A stretch of DNA of 35,142 nucleotides from a virus (Duplodnaviria > Caudoviricetes): IMG/VR virus record IMGVR_UViG_3300032320_001130, positions 1 through 35,142 of that record. One strand, given 5' to 3'. Shown here piece by piece: positions 12,001 through 17,692 of the stretch. Position 1 is the first letter of the stretch. Each line of letters begins with the position of its first letter. A program made the translations under genes and the position numbers. The notes under the pieces were generated by a model that was not told where the DNA came from, ran no database searches, and saw only the letters and a program-made list of their open reading frames with translations.

Positions 12001-13798
12001 ATGCATCAGTTGTTGTATTATCTAAATAATCAACTGGCATTTTACCAGTACTACCAGAATTTAATAATTTTAAATCTGGATAAAACTCAATAATAGGTCT
12101 TTTTGCTCTGCTATCTAAACTAGTTAGTGCTTTATTGGCTATAGGACTTCTAGTGTTATTTGCTACTATAGTGTTTAATACGTCAACATGGAACCACCGA
12201 TTACTACGACTCCATGCATTTCTATCTATACTACTACGGTTAATAGTAATATAATCTTGTTCATATGGTACTTGACTTGAGCCACCAAAAGATTGTTGGT
12301 CATATGATACTTCATCGAACGGAGAATTAAATGATTGACTAAATGGTTCAGGTACTATAAGGTCGCTGACCGGAACTAGTGTTATTTTTGTTCCAACACC
12401 CTCAACATAATACAAATCATTTAAATATTTTTCAGGATACACTCTACCAGTGAATCGAACTTTTAGTCCATTAGAGAATTTAATTCCATTTGGGCTAATA
12501 TAAGTACTGCTACCCAAAATATCTTCAACATTTAATAACGCATCAACTGAATTATCAACTATCTTAATTTTTCCAAATTTAAACTTACTACTAGTACCTT
12601 GATAATATAATGTATCTAATCTAGCTGTAATATTTGGAATCAATATCATTTCACCTAGACTATTTTTAATAAAACTTCTAGTAATATATTCTTTTCCATA
12701 TTGGATATTCAGTTTAGTATCATCTGGGATAGCATGTAACTGTTTGAGCCTAACAACTGAGTCATCACCAATCAACTCAATACGATAAACGTTACTGTTA
12801 ACATTAGTATAGAATCCACCTTCAAGTCCACCATCTTGTGTATCAGTATTAAAATTGGCAGAATCATACAAATTACCGATATATCCTCTATCAGTAGGAC
12901 TTGAACCATAAAAGATTAATGTTTTACCATTGATACCCAATACGCCATCAATACCTTTGATAGTACTTAACGGTTTACCGTGCAAATTATCAAATGATAA
13001 AGTTGTAACTAAATCTACATCAATACTTTCTGCAAAATTATAATCATCTTGTGCATTCGTCAAGGGTACATCAAATGCTATTACTTTAGATGTACTACCG
13101 CTTGATCCTCTATACTCGACTCCAGCAATATCACGTGTACTGACATTAGTCCTAGATACATCTACTCCATTTACTCCTGGTTGAGTTTGGATGTAAAAAT
13201 CATCATCGGCTCCTACATTAAACAAATAACTTCCACCACGAACTAATGTTAGTGTTGGATTACTTATTTCTAATGGAACATTGTTTACTGATATATCATA
13301 CGTGCTACCACTAGATGATACTATATCAAACGTAGCGTTTACTAATAATGTTTCTGTTGTGATTTCTACTGCTTCTGGTCCTTCTGGTACCCAATAATAT
13401 TGACTAAAATTAATTAATTTATCTAGGTCAGTAAAGCTATCCCAAGAATAAAATTCGTTGCTAAAAAGTTTGTTATGATTTAAGGTAATGCCACCTTCTA
13501 ACTCTAGTGCATCTATAATACCTGGGTAAGTTAACAAATCAACAGCAGTAGTGGTATCTTTCTTTTTGAAAATTACGGCAGGTTCTAACTGATAATTGGT
13601 TCTTATAGTAGAAGTTTCTGTTAGATAGTTATCCTTACTATTAACTCCGTAACCAAATTTACTACCAATAAAACCTTGTATCTTATCAAAATTAGGAGGC
13701 TGAACTAGTTGATCGAGGGTGGCATTTAAAAACTGTTCGTTGGGTTTGGTTTTAAAAATGTCCGGTAAAAACTCAATTGTTCTAATTCTTGTTGCCAT
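1..13798 (-). CDS. Giant virion structural protein (gp7-like baseplate wedge/fibre fusion), more than 4,599 aa, 3'-partial
   Basis: ATG at 13798 (MATRIRTIEFLPDIFKTKPNEQFLNATLDQLV...). The same frame is open at spot checks near 9893 (TPWEMLG), 5369 (LIVGAPYD), 2933 (EVKPYH) and 2-110 (FDTAAFDDASFD...YANGFYYA). No minus-strand ORF is listed here, consistent with no stop before the window edge. Lies directly downstream of gp6 and contains FG-GAP, Gly-rich and Asp-box-like repeats. Confidence 0.85.
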   Translation of the reverse strand, partial: MATRIRTIEFLPDIFKTKPNEQFLNATLDQLVQPPNFDKIQGFIGSKFGYGVNSKDNYLTETSTIRTNYQLEPAVIFKKKDTTTAVDLLTYPGIIDALELEGGITLNHNKLFSNEFYSWDSFTDLDKLINFSQYYWVPEGPEAVEITTETLLVNATFDIVSSSGSTYDISVNNVPLEISNPTLTLVRGGSYLFNVGADDDFYIQTQPGVNGVDVSRTNVSTRDIAGVEYRGSSGSTSKVIAFDVPLTNAQDDYNFAESIDVDLVTTLSFDNLHGKPLSTIKGIDGVLGINGKTLIFYGSSPTDRGYIGNLYDSANFNTDTQDGGLEGGFYTNVNSNVYRIELIGDDSVVRLKQLHAIPDDTKLNIQYGKEYITRSFIKNSLGEMILIPNITARLDTLYYQGTSSKFKFGKIKIVDNSVDALLNVEDILGSSTYISPNGIKFSNGLKVRFTGRVYPEKYLNDLYYVEGVGTKITLVPVSDLIVPEPFSQSFNSPFDEVSYDQQSFGGSSQVPYEQDYITINRSSIDRNAWSRSNRWFHVDVLNTIVANNTRSPIANKALTSLDSRAKRPIIEFYPDLKLLNSGSTGKMPVDYLDNTTTDALSIISGGNTNYHPDGADSLLYDGARIVFAKDNNIEVRNKIYVATVALVNGQRIVTLSKAVDGDVDYLDQIIITKGTSNSGYSLYFDGDKWISAQRKERINQPPLFDIFDSNGISFSNLEYYPGTDFTGCTLFQYAESSGVDDTVLKFPIRYSGVGNISDIVFDVSLNSATFNYVYDGLSINQPVNTGYVHQFITKDSYKRKIGWETAVEKSFQYQIFNLLYNDAVISNQTFVCDIAAKDSSTTKWPTIIVYVDNNRIDTSGYTVSTTANTTIIQINDTLTNGVTVDIMIYSDQVSSTGYYQIPSNLDHNPFNSQISLINSGDIRGHFKSICNNVPNLTGAAFGANNYRDLGNVVPYGMRIVQNSASLPTPAAIIRKQSYNFFNSVSYNATEYVKFKSLLVSTVNGENYTPYQSGSDMLDDALDIISSTKSESNPFFWSDMLPSKTAYVTNTYTFKVGIGDTVYPLTKTYDFSNANYNGVLVYVSRFKNGINQVIQMIRNVDYVLSETDPYLLVMTKLVENDVVTVKEYNQTYGSFVPNTPTKLGLYPTYIPDIILDDTYLQPTFMLKGHDGSLTRLYGEYNDGFLQDFRDKVLYEFEMRIYNNIKVNAKIPIEQDDIIGGYFRQTEYSREEFMTLYNTMFLNWAGLNRIEFKQQYYDGTDEYTWNYTKATNKLDNLPFNRGSWRSIYLWLYDTVSPHLTPWEMLGLPNKPNWWASRYGNAPYTSTNDLLWDDLSKGFVWNDGDPYINTKRVRPELSKIIPVDKHGNLLSPFTSVVNNYNQRSFKEDWKIGDVGPAEYAYLKSSTWPFDLMRLFALTKPAMFFSLGLNLDTYKYNTEFKQYLANNRSRTTTDIVTLYGTDATTASHSYLNWMVDYLQQYGLEGSTILNSLLSSLDVRLVYKLAGYSDKNQLNFYVEKGSPNSKNNSLLIPDDSYDILLYRNEPDDTIIYSSVIVQKTDNGFRVYGNSQNKAYFKYLVPISSGSYTEVSMGSTTIQLPSDFTTEVRILEYGHEFTSEQSLSIFVNNYGKYLETQGLKFMDVENSTELNWKQMIVEFLYWNQSGWEVGSSINLNPCANNLTITKQNYVVQSLSYARDNFILNQNSLPIQIKDLSILRKDNDFDVKVLIEGDSINYAQLDLSNTEHVVVFDNETVFNDVIFNLTTGLRQQRLYVRGTKTSDWDGTITAPGFILNENNVLDWTPNVKYNKGTIVRFKREYWMANELTIAPSTTFNYNYWLKTNYNNIHEGLLPNPSTRAYESMLYYDEFRGNLESDGDILGFSLIGYRPRNYLADANLNDSSQIGVYKNMIGSKGTRDGLDILQGIELQNHTLEYDIYENWAIKSAEYGGVLNHNFIEFTLNETMMTGNPAIVGITNGVAVTGAHQQVPLHSLVNYGRILNNTNVMPVVTNDPLIAMPNSGYVNLDDVSLTGYTIERLDKNTVGYVYANDYIWIADKQGDWNVYTPVSLGATITTVLNNLNDTVTITFNRPHNLSKYDAIGIINYDYRVDGYYVVSAIGNSKTIIVDLAIVNTINLITPSGTGMVFKLQSQRLSSPTKLLELPLMDSEYNKNTVWIDKDVNNDWVVYRKTLNYELSKFNNANPRSLNNETFGTSVAYIPKLGYFVGDPGAGKLYQYIKAANGGFLLRNTITKTAPFGKTIARNDEFMVVSSPGNSSTQIYVYRIVQMPEVEALVEEQVITVGQSDIGTSMAFSGDSNFLYLSAINFNSIIAFQRDVDLVNTFTGIVLKNTTTPLDKQFVVKGNHVTGLTAAAFKPGRRVTFYKYSQYKTSYVMEFGYIPQGNYFTVSNYSTKSFVLTFVPNSKSVIDVKINTVTQSSSTYTLTPLLAGGAEIVFNNALTLGDSVTVIVKQASAESAYSTGVGLGLTNQNLIDFLNNHRKYYLLCNGYIPNDTSITFSADSDPADYKINSIGQNSDPYLLGGNTLYTGGNSKFFTPINAYIYVDLFTYLDSLNTTSFTNNNSNAIKVYTPAALLKYVTVITAEYDSGTDATTIHTVERIGYNIAPTVLFTVGSTQVMDTYIRTVNNNFSILNLINAGTFSQVGDKYGYSIATTYDGTKLFVGAPKANFRWSANPELPVIADVGYVYVHSRLVETWTVQYDSPPFSFYALYLPWSPGRGSQLYINGVRIEKSKYIIILNLVLIGPRVKAGDIVSLSSVNFVLEQQLASYEGWNGVIAGQQFGTSVSCNSTGSELIVGAPYDRSGITTATAREGAIPSAPAGQEGAVYRYTNEGKRFGRVTAFIAANNVLGATYLLINGYSVPIPNGDAYDIADAINIATITNVFAYVTEDNRLVIRLRDMNLFPDNNKISLQVFNGTYYYLMGIAPYTKTQVIRNPHQQNSTGFGHLVKFNEFNSFIVSAPFGSRFVSTKFDFSDDDYSHNDTVFDNHLTKFEDEFTEAGAVYMYDYVKPYAESLLNTGQYIYAQSLNDLESDYGKKPLYGSAIAFNDYVVMVGSPNFKADNVGGRAVIYVNDAKKPNWSAHRKSSPIVDVDKIKRIQLYSNIDDSNLDSLDYFDPLRGKLLGVVAENLDFISVVDPAGYNNPAIVNGSIVWSNTQVGKLWFDISTVKFMNYHQDDLVYNAKHWGNVFPGSTVAVYTWIESDVTPAFYTGVGTPYDLERYTVTFAINSNNSLVPRYYFWVRKTNTLYGTKTLTDSVIEQYISNPQSSGISYFAPLKPDTFALYNSREYINGLNTNMHIGFSTGSGEVETHNEYKLIRSNYPEDFLPGFVNKLRGYTYPESLYDRFLDSLSGVDETGATVPNINLPSYLQIGVNVRPRQGFFINRFNALKNYLAYANSILAKYTISEFGNLTFLTEYGDYHNTRDYWTHIYWWAEGYSDKSKTAIEVASYPDLLRLTPKEGLLVGVAKNGQDKREVYSYTDSAWIRVGLQDGTIKFLDTLWDYQTNKIGFGDNFYDTVSYDSYPSTETRNIIRALNEQIYTGPLLEYRNKSLILMFEYIQSENTDAHNYLPWLNKTSFADVVYTVRNLEQEKKYQRDNENLISGFVNEVKPYHSIIKEFGFKYNGLDPYTGDITDFDLPPKYNASIDRFETPKLKFSDISTVNNEFLFTDTIWQNTEYQNWFNHYGLKLESVPNSSVAVLANYMKTTSNLLKLDNARGIPIQGIMKVDDELIGYAGVDRETGVVSGVIRGLYNSSVTEHYPGAVIYMDLPGVVVLDTGRNYIDPPTVTAYVDTDLYPAPTREANLLPIMAGDKVIGVKVVDPGENYPVSPQIIISGSYSVDFTDTRINYINNTVLVPTTFFETGDLIRVTALSTNNGSIKNGYYYVYVVAKVEEEEIISITLHKTRANSIRGTDKMIFKPPVVSVTTEYRMELTARAIPITSNSLVRGIQNTLRFDRTSYVPKIQAWKPDEFWSSPYSRTNNDKSSSNMSLLYYSRSYTNMTAAASLSGSTDAKFTINNVLLGGNYSVTMTTVGAAYRQNDVIRILGSRLAGANTTNDCVITVTSIERTYVRQLQDSTNGSGVNARFNITSNGSTYTAIIDPFYYGTGYQVNDLIYMDGSRFNGTTPANNLTIRVTSISSNGKVDTCTVTGTPVNTGVIKTFSTSGLAIDAHLASFQGAVLPITGVVNSSNNAVVELDYSPTIIKPGQLRGISIYFYRVIPPYVYDDTGAGGAKIEIYRPRFNPGRLANNYFIKILDTGSIYRANDTIVVPGASLGGVTGKNDAIINIDYTDAVDGLQPGGIQYARISGSAVGVFNLYYLNPINESQAEVYKDISMRIPVRYSEFIYEGGASDFAYAPEPIYYGMSFKYDSTSIVTYDNKVWRCIESNNDRTFIKSKWVELESDDRLLNALDRIVAYYEPAINMPPKDLQQLVKGISYPNNTYYGNTFSPDDELPLDFELKDQPFYPRDSNIKAILNDGNRYIAIGDSADHSFVLISNDGITWQNYKIADVVLNVTGISYFNDQYVVTTKTKANPMIVSFDAQNWITTGNPVLFDTAAFDDASFDTSPISIAPDQLNSVIYANGFYYA

Positions 13799-13814
13799 TA
13801 TCTATGCCTATAAA

Positions 13815-16800
13815 TTATCTAATTTGTAATTCTGCAGGTGTCAATGCAGAAATAACTGTTATATCTGTTGCTTGGGCGCAATTAACAAATATTTCATAAG
13901 GAGCACTACGTATCTCATATAACTCACCAAATCCTAGTCTAGGATCATTTGGCACTAGTACTACTGAGTTTACTAAATCACCGATTCTACTGTGTAGGTA
14001 AGCACTTAGTTCACTAAAGTAAAATGTATCTCCAAAGTCCCAGTTGTCAATACTAAAATAATTATTAAGTTCACCCAACACAGTCGTTCTAATCTCGCTA
14101 TCACTAGCTGTAGTTGTTCCTGACTTGATTACCTTAATTGTTGCTCTCAAATTAGATGATGCTTTGCTACCAAACAACGGTTTAAATTTTACACTGTTTA
14201 AAACTACACTATCAGTTAACATCTTGTAATTATTAATATCAGTGAATTGTTGATTCAATTCGTTGATACTAGGTGGAGTAGGTTCAGTTAATGTACCAGT
14301 AGTATCTTTAATCCAATTTTGATACTGAGTATAATAACTCTGTGTTACCAAATATAAATCTATGATATTAGTTGTTCCTGGATTAATACGTGTAGTATTA
14401 TTAGAAATATGACGATATTGAAAGTATAGTCCTTGACGACCAGTACTAGCTTTATAATCAGTTAATTGAACAATATTATAAATGTTAGCTGAAGTGGTAT
14501 CGTTTACTGATTCGTAGAATGTGTTTTCAAACACTGCATAGAATATACTTCCGACCGGAAATTCATACTTAACTGCATTGATATCTTGTAATGTTGGGAA
14601 AGATGTTAATATAGAATTGGTTTCTACCATAACATATCTGGTCAACATATTAGCATCGGTTATGCGTTTAAAGAACACGTGATAGAATATATTTTGAAGT
14701 CCGGTAACATAACCGGTTATGTCACGGAAGAAGTCTGGATCTTGAATCACACTTCCTAAACTTGGATCAATACTAGAAACCTCAACACTATAATCGTCTA
14801 CATAACCATCAGTTTCAGTTGGTTGTCCAACTACACGCAATTTTAAATCTCTAGCAAAAGGTGCATTAGTAGTGGGCTGACTGTTAGATTTTAATATGTT
14901 AATGTAATCTTGCATTATCTTACCAGTCAACGGGTCATATACTAATTTGTCTTTATCATAGTTAAATCTAATTTCAGCTACGCTAGCAAAATAATAAGCA
15001 AGACTCTTATATGTTACTCTATAATTATTAGACCCTAAACTTTGAAATTTTACAAAATATTTTTGAGCATCATAATCGCCTATGCTCCAACGATTTTGAT
15101 TTGCAAGTAATGTATTATCAAACAGTAATGTAAAGTTTTTATTCAAATTAACTTCTGTTATACAATCTTGAACTACATCAGATGGTATAGAATTAGTGAA
15201 GCTAGGTATAATTGTAGTCAATCTAGCCTTTGTTGGTATAGGACTTGACAATACAATAGGACCTAACCCATTGCTTAGTTTACCTTCACCATTATTAGAC
15301 CCATCACCCGTAATACTTACTACAGTTGTCCATAACTGTTTAACATCTTGTGGACCTGACAAACCTTCAATCAACATATTTGAATACTGGTCAAAATAAT
15401 AACCTTCCGGTGGGACAAAACGTAATAGTGCGCCCGGTGTGATATATTGTTCATTACCTGAAACGTATGTGCCTACCTGCGCAGGACCTGAATACTTATA
15501 GAAGTATCCTGTAGTCTGATTAGCATTATATGTTGCTTGTTGCCAATAAACTATATATTGGTAGCTTACTGGTGGGAAATCAACCCATGGATAATATTGA
15601 ATATAATATTGATATGGTCTATGTCCACTAAGTATTTTTCCTAATGTTTCAGTTAAAAAACTTACAATCTCACTAGTAGTATTAGGATTGAAATTTATAT
15701 AACCTTCTGTTTCGTTTAAATAAAGACCGCCATCATCAGCAAAATCATTTGTACTAGAAAATTTACCACTAGGATCTACTAAATCAAAATTGCGACTTAC
15801 ACCCACGCTTGTACGATTCAATGCCTTACTCTTAATGATCGAACTATATAATGTAAACGGGAAAGTATTGTAATCTTCTCCATTAACCATACGATTTTGA
15901 CTATAGTATCTCTGTGGCGCACGTGTTTTAATATTGGTTAATGTTTCACGATTTTTAGCATTGGTTACAGGTAAAGGTAATTCAAGTGTTATTAATAATG
16001 TTTCTGTTCTGCCAATTCTATTGACATAACTTAGTGTAATATTAATACCTTGAAATTCACTTGGGTCAATTGTATAAGTTAATGCATTACTTGTACGAAC
16101 ATATGCAATAAAATTGCCAATTGGTATTTCACTGAATACTCCATCTCCAAAATGATAACTTACTTGGTCATTAAATCTACTAGTTACACTAAAAATTTTC
16201 TTTTTGTTATTAGATTCTTTAGATCCTTGATTAGCATAAACACTATCTACTTTAGCCCATTCGGTTAGTGCACCAGTAATATTATCAATCGAATATAGCC
16301 ATGTATCGCTATTATTAATTCCTTCTATATTCAAATCAACTACCTGGTTGCTTATTTGTTCCGGTATATTAAAATTGTAAGACTGCAATGAACCTTGTTT
16401 GAAATACATGAAAAAGCCTGTACTTGGGCTACCAAATCCTAACTTATCATTTCTATACAAAATATTAAATGATCCTGATGGTGCCGGAGATTTTTCATAT
16501 ATGCTATTATTGTTCAAACTTGTTGCGCTAACACACTCAAACGTCATAGTCGTACCATCTACAGTTGCGGTAAAAGTTGAAGCGGGTGTAGCTGTAGCGG
16601 GTAAACGTATGCTATATTCGTCAGTCTTTACATCTAATAATGTTTGACTGTTACCTGGTCTACCAATACGTTGTGCATCTATCAATGCCGCATTTAATAT
16701 TGTATTGAATTGTTCTTGCCAATTTGGGTTTGCAGGATCGTTCCATAATATACTTAAGTTACTTAAATTGACACCATTAATGTCACGTAATGATTCTGTA

Positions 16801-17174
16801 GTTTGTATCGCAACAATCTTTAAAAAACCTTCTGCCGCTATATTTCTTTTTGGAGTATACCCTACTAAGTTAGCTAATTTGATAACACTATCTCTGCGTT
16901 CTGCTGTGTCAATAAAGTTTTCACGGGTATTTAAATCGTCACGGAAAGCAAGACCTTGACCCATGAATGCCATAATATCAAGCAATGCTACATATTCGCT
17001 AGATTCAACAAAATCGTTAAAAGTTTCAGGATAGTATGCACGTAAGTAATCTACAAAATTCTTACGTAATGATTCATAGTCATAGCTTTGGAAGTCGGCC
17101 TGGCTATAGGTTTTGTAGATTGTTTTCCAATCATTTACACCAAATATACTAGATTGTCGTGAACTGGTTGCCAT
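13815..17174 (-). CDS. gp6: Baseplate wedge subunit, T4 gp6-like (1119 aa)
   Basis: N-terminal DFQSYDYESLRKNFVDYLR...LLDIMAF...ENFIDTAERRDSVIKLANLVGYTP; FGDGVF; ETLTNIKTRAPQRYYSQNRMVNGEDY; C-terminal WDFGDTFYFSEL. Follows gp25. Confidence 0.9.
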   Translation of the reverse strand: MATSSRQSSIFGVNDWKTIYKTYSQADFQSYDYESLRKNFVDYLRAYYPETFNDFVESSEYVALLDIMAFMGQGLAFRDDLNTRENFIDTAERRDSVIKLANLVGYTPKRNIAAEGFLKIVAIQTTESLRDINGVNLSNLSILWNDPANPNWQEQFNTILNAALIDAQRIGRPGNSQTLLDVKTDEYSIRLPATATPASTFTATVDGTTMTFECVSATSLNNNSIYEKSPAPSGSFNILYRNDKLGFGSPSTGFFMYFKQGSLQSYNFNIPEQISNQVVDLNIEGINNSDTWLYSIDNITGALTEWAKVDSVYANQGSKESNNKKKIFSVTSRFNDQVSYHFGDGVFSEIPIGNFIAYVRTSNALTYTIDPSEFQGINITLSYVNRIGRTETLLITLELPLPVTNAKNRETLTNIKTRAPQRYYSQNRMVNGEDYNTFPFTLYSSIIKSKALNRTSVGVSRNFDLVDPSGKFSSTNDFADDGGLYLNETEGYINFNPNTTSEIVSFLTETLGKILSGHRPYQYYIQYYPWVDFPPVSYQYIVYWQQATYNANQTTGYFYKYSGPAQVGTYVSGNEQYITPGALLRFVPPEGYYFDQYSNMLIEGLSGPQDVKQLWTTVVSITGDGSNNGEGKLSNGLGPIVLSSPIPTKARLTTIIPSFTNSIPSDVVQDCITEVNLNKNFTLLFDNTLLANQNRWSIGDYDAQKYFVKFQSLGSNNYRVTYKSLAYYFASVAEIRFNYDKDKLVYDPLTGKIMQDYINILKSNSQPTTNAPFARDLKLRVVGQPTETDGYVDDYSVEVSSIDPSLGSVIQDPDFFRDITGYVTGLQNIFYHVFFKRITDANMLTRYVMVETNSILTSFPTLQDINAVKYEFPVGSIFYAVFENTFYESVNDTTSANIYNIVQLTDYKASTGRQGLYFQYRHISNNTTRINPGTTNIIDLYLVTQSYYTQYQNWIKDTTGTLTEPTPPSINELNQQFTDINNYKMLTDSVVLNSVKFKPLFGSKASSNLRATIKVIKSGTTTASDSEIRTTVLGELNNYFSIDNWDFGDTFYFSELSAYLHSRIGDLVNSVVLVPNDPRLGFGELYEIRSAPYEIFVNCAQATDITVISALTPAELQIR

Positions 17175-17191
17175 ATTTGTTCTCTTTTACA

Positions 17192-17199
17192 TATTTATC
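17192..17199 (-). promoter_or_regulatory. T4-type late promoter variant GATAAATA upstream of gp6
   Basis: Plus strand tatttatc, 17 nt upstream of the gp6 ATG. Resembles the T4 late box TATAAATA, and gp55 is encoded in the window. Confidence 0.7.
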
Positions 17200-17218
17200 A
17201 TAGAAAAAACATGGAGTT

Positions 17219-17668
17219 TTAGACTTGATATGCATTGTTTGTAGCTTGGTCAAACAATATTGCTAATTCAGTTGCATTATTAAATGGTGATACTGCCATT
17301 TCTACTTCAATTAAAATTCCACCTTCAACTTGAGTCACACCCACAGTATTCAATATTATTCTAGGATCGTCAGCCGCTATTCTTCTAATTTCTGATTCTA
17401 ACTCTGTTCTTACATCAACTGTATTTGGTTCAAATACAAATCCCCACAGTGTAGTTCCATAATCAGGTCTTCCGGGTTTTTGCCCTTGTGGGATATTTAA
17501 CGCATTGACAAAATCTCTAAAAACCAATTCCTCGTCTGTGGTTCTAAACTTTCTACCCACTCTTAGATTTTTACCGGTAGGACTATTAGTGTTATTAACC
17601 CCTCTGGTATACCCGGTAGTTTTTAAATTTTCAGTATGTTGGGTACTAAAACCGATAAAAGTTGACAT
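17219..17668 (-). CDS. gp25: Baseplate wedge / sheath initiator, gp25-like
   Basis: ALNIPQGQKPGRPDYGTTLWGFVFEP...IAADDPRI matches the gp25/GPW pattern. Lies between spike and gp6; AAGGA RBS. Confidence 0.9.
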   Translation of the reverse strand: MSTFIGFSTQHTENLKTTGYTRGVNNTNSPTGKNLRVGRKFRTTDEELVFRDFVNALNIPQGQKPGRPDYGTTLWGFVFEPNTVDVRTELESEIRRIAADDPRIILNTVGVTQVEGGILIEVEMAVSPFNNATELAILFDQATNNAYQV

Positions 17669-17684
17669 AGAATATCCTTTAAGA

Positions 17685-17692
17685 TATTTATG
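17685..17692 (-). promoter_or_regulatory. Late-promoter-like CATAAATA overlapping the spike gene stop, upstream of gp25
   Basis: Plus strand tatttatg; same NATAAATA core as the other late boxes. Confidence 0.5.
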
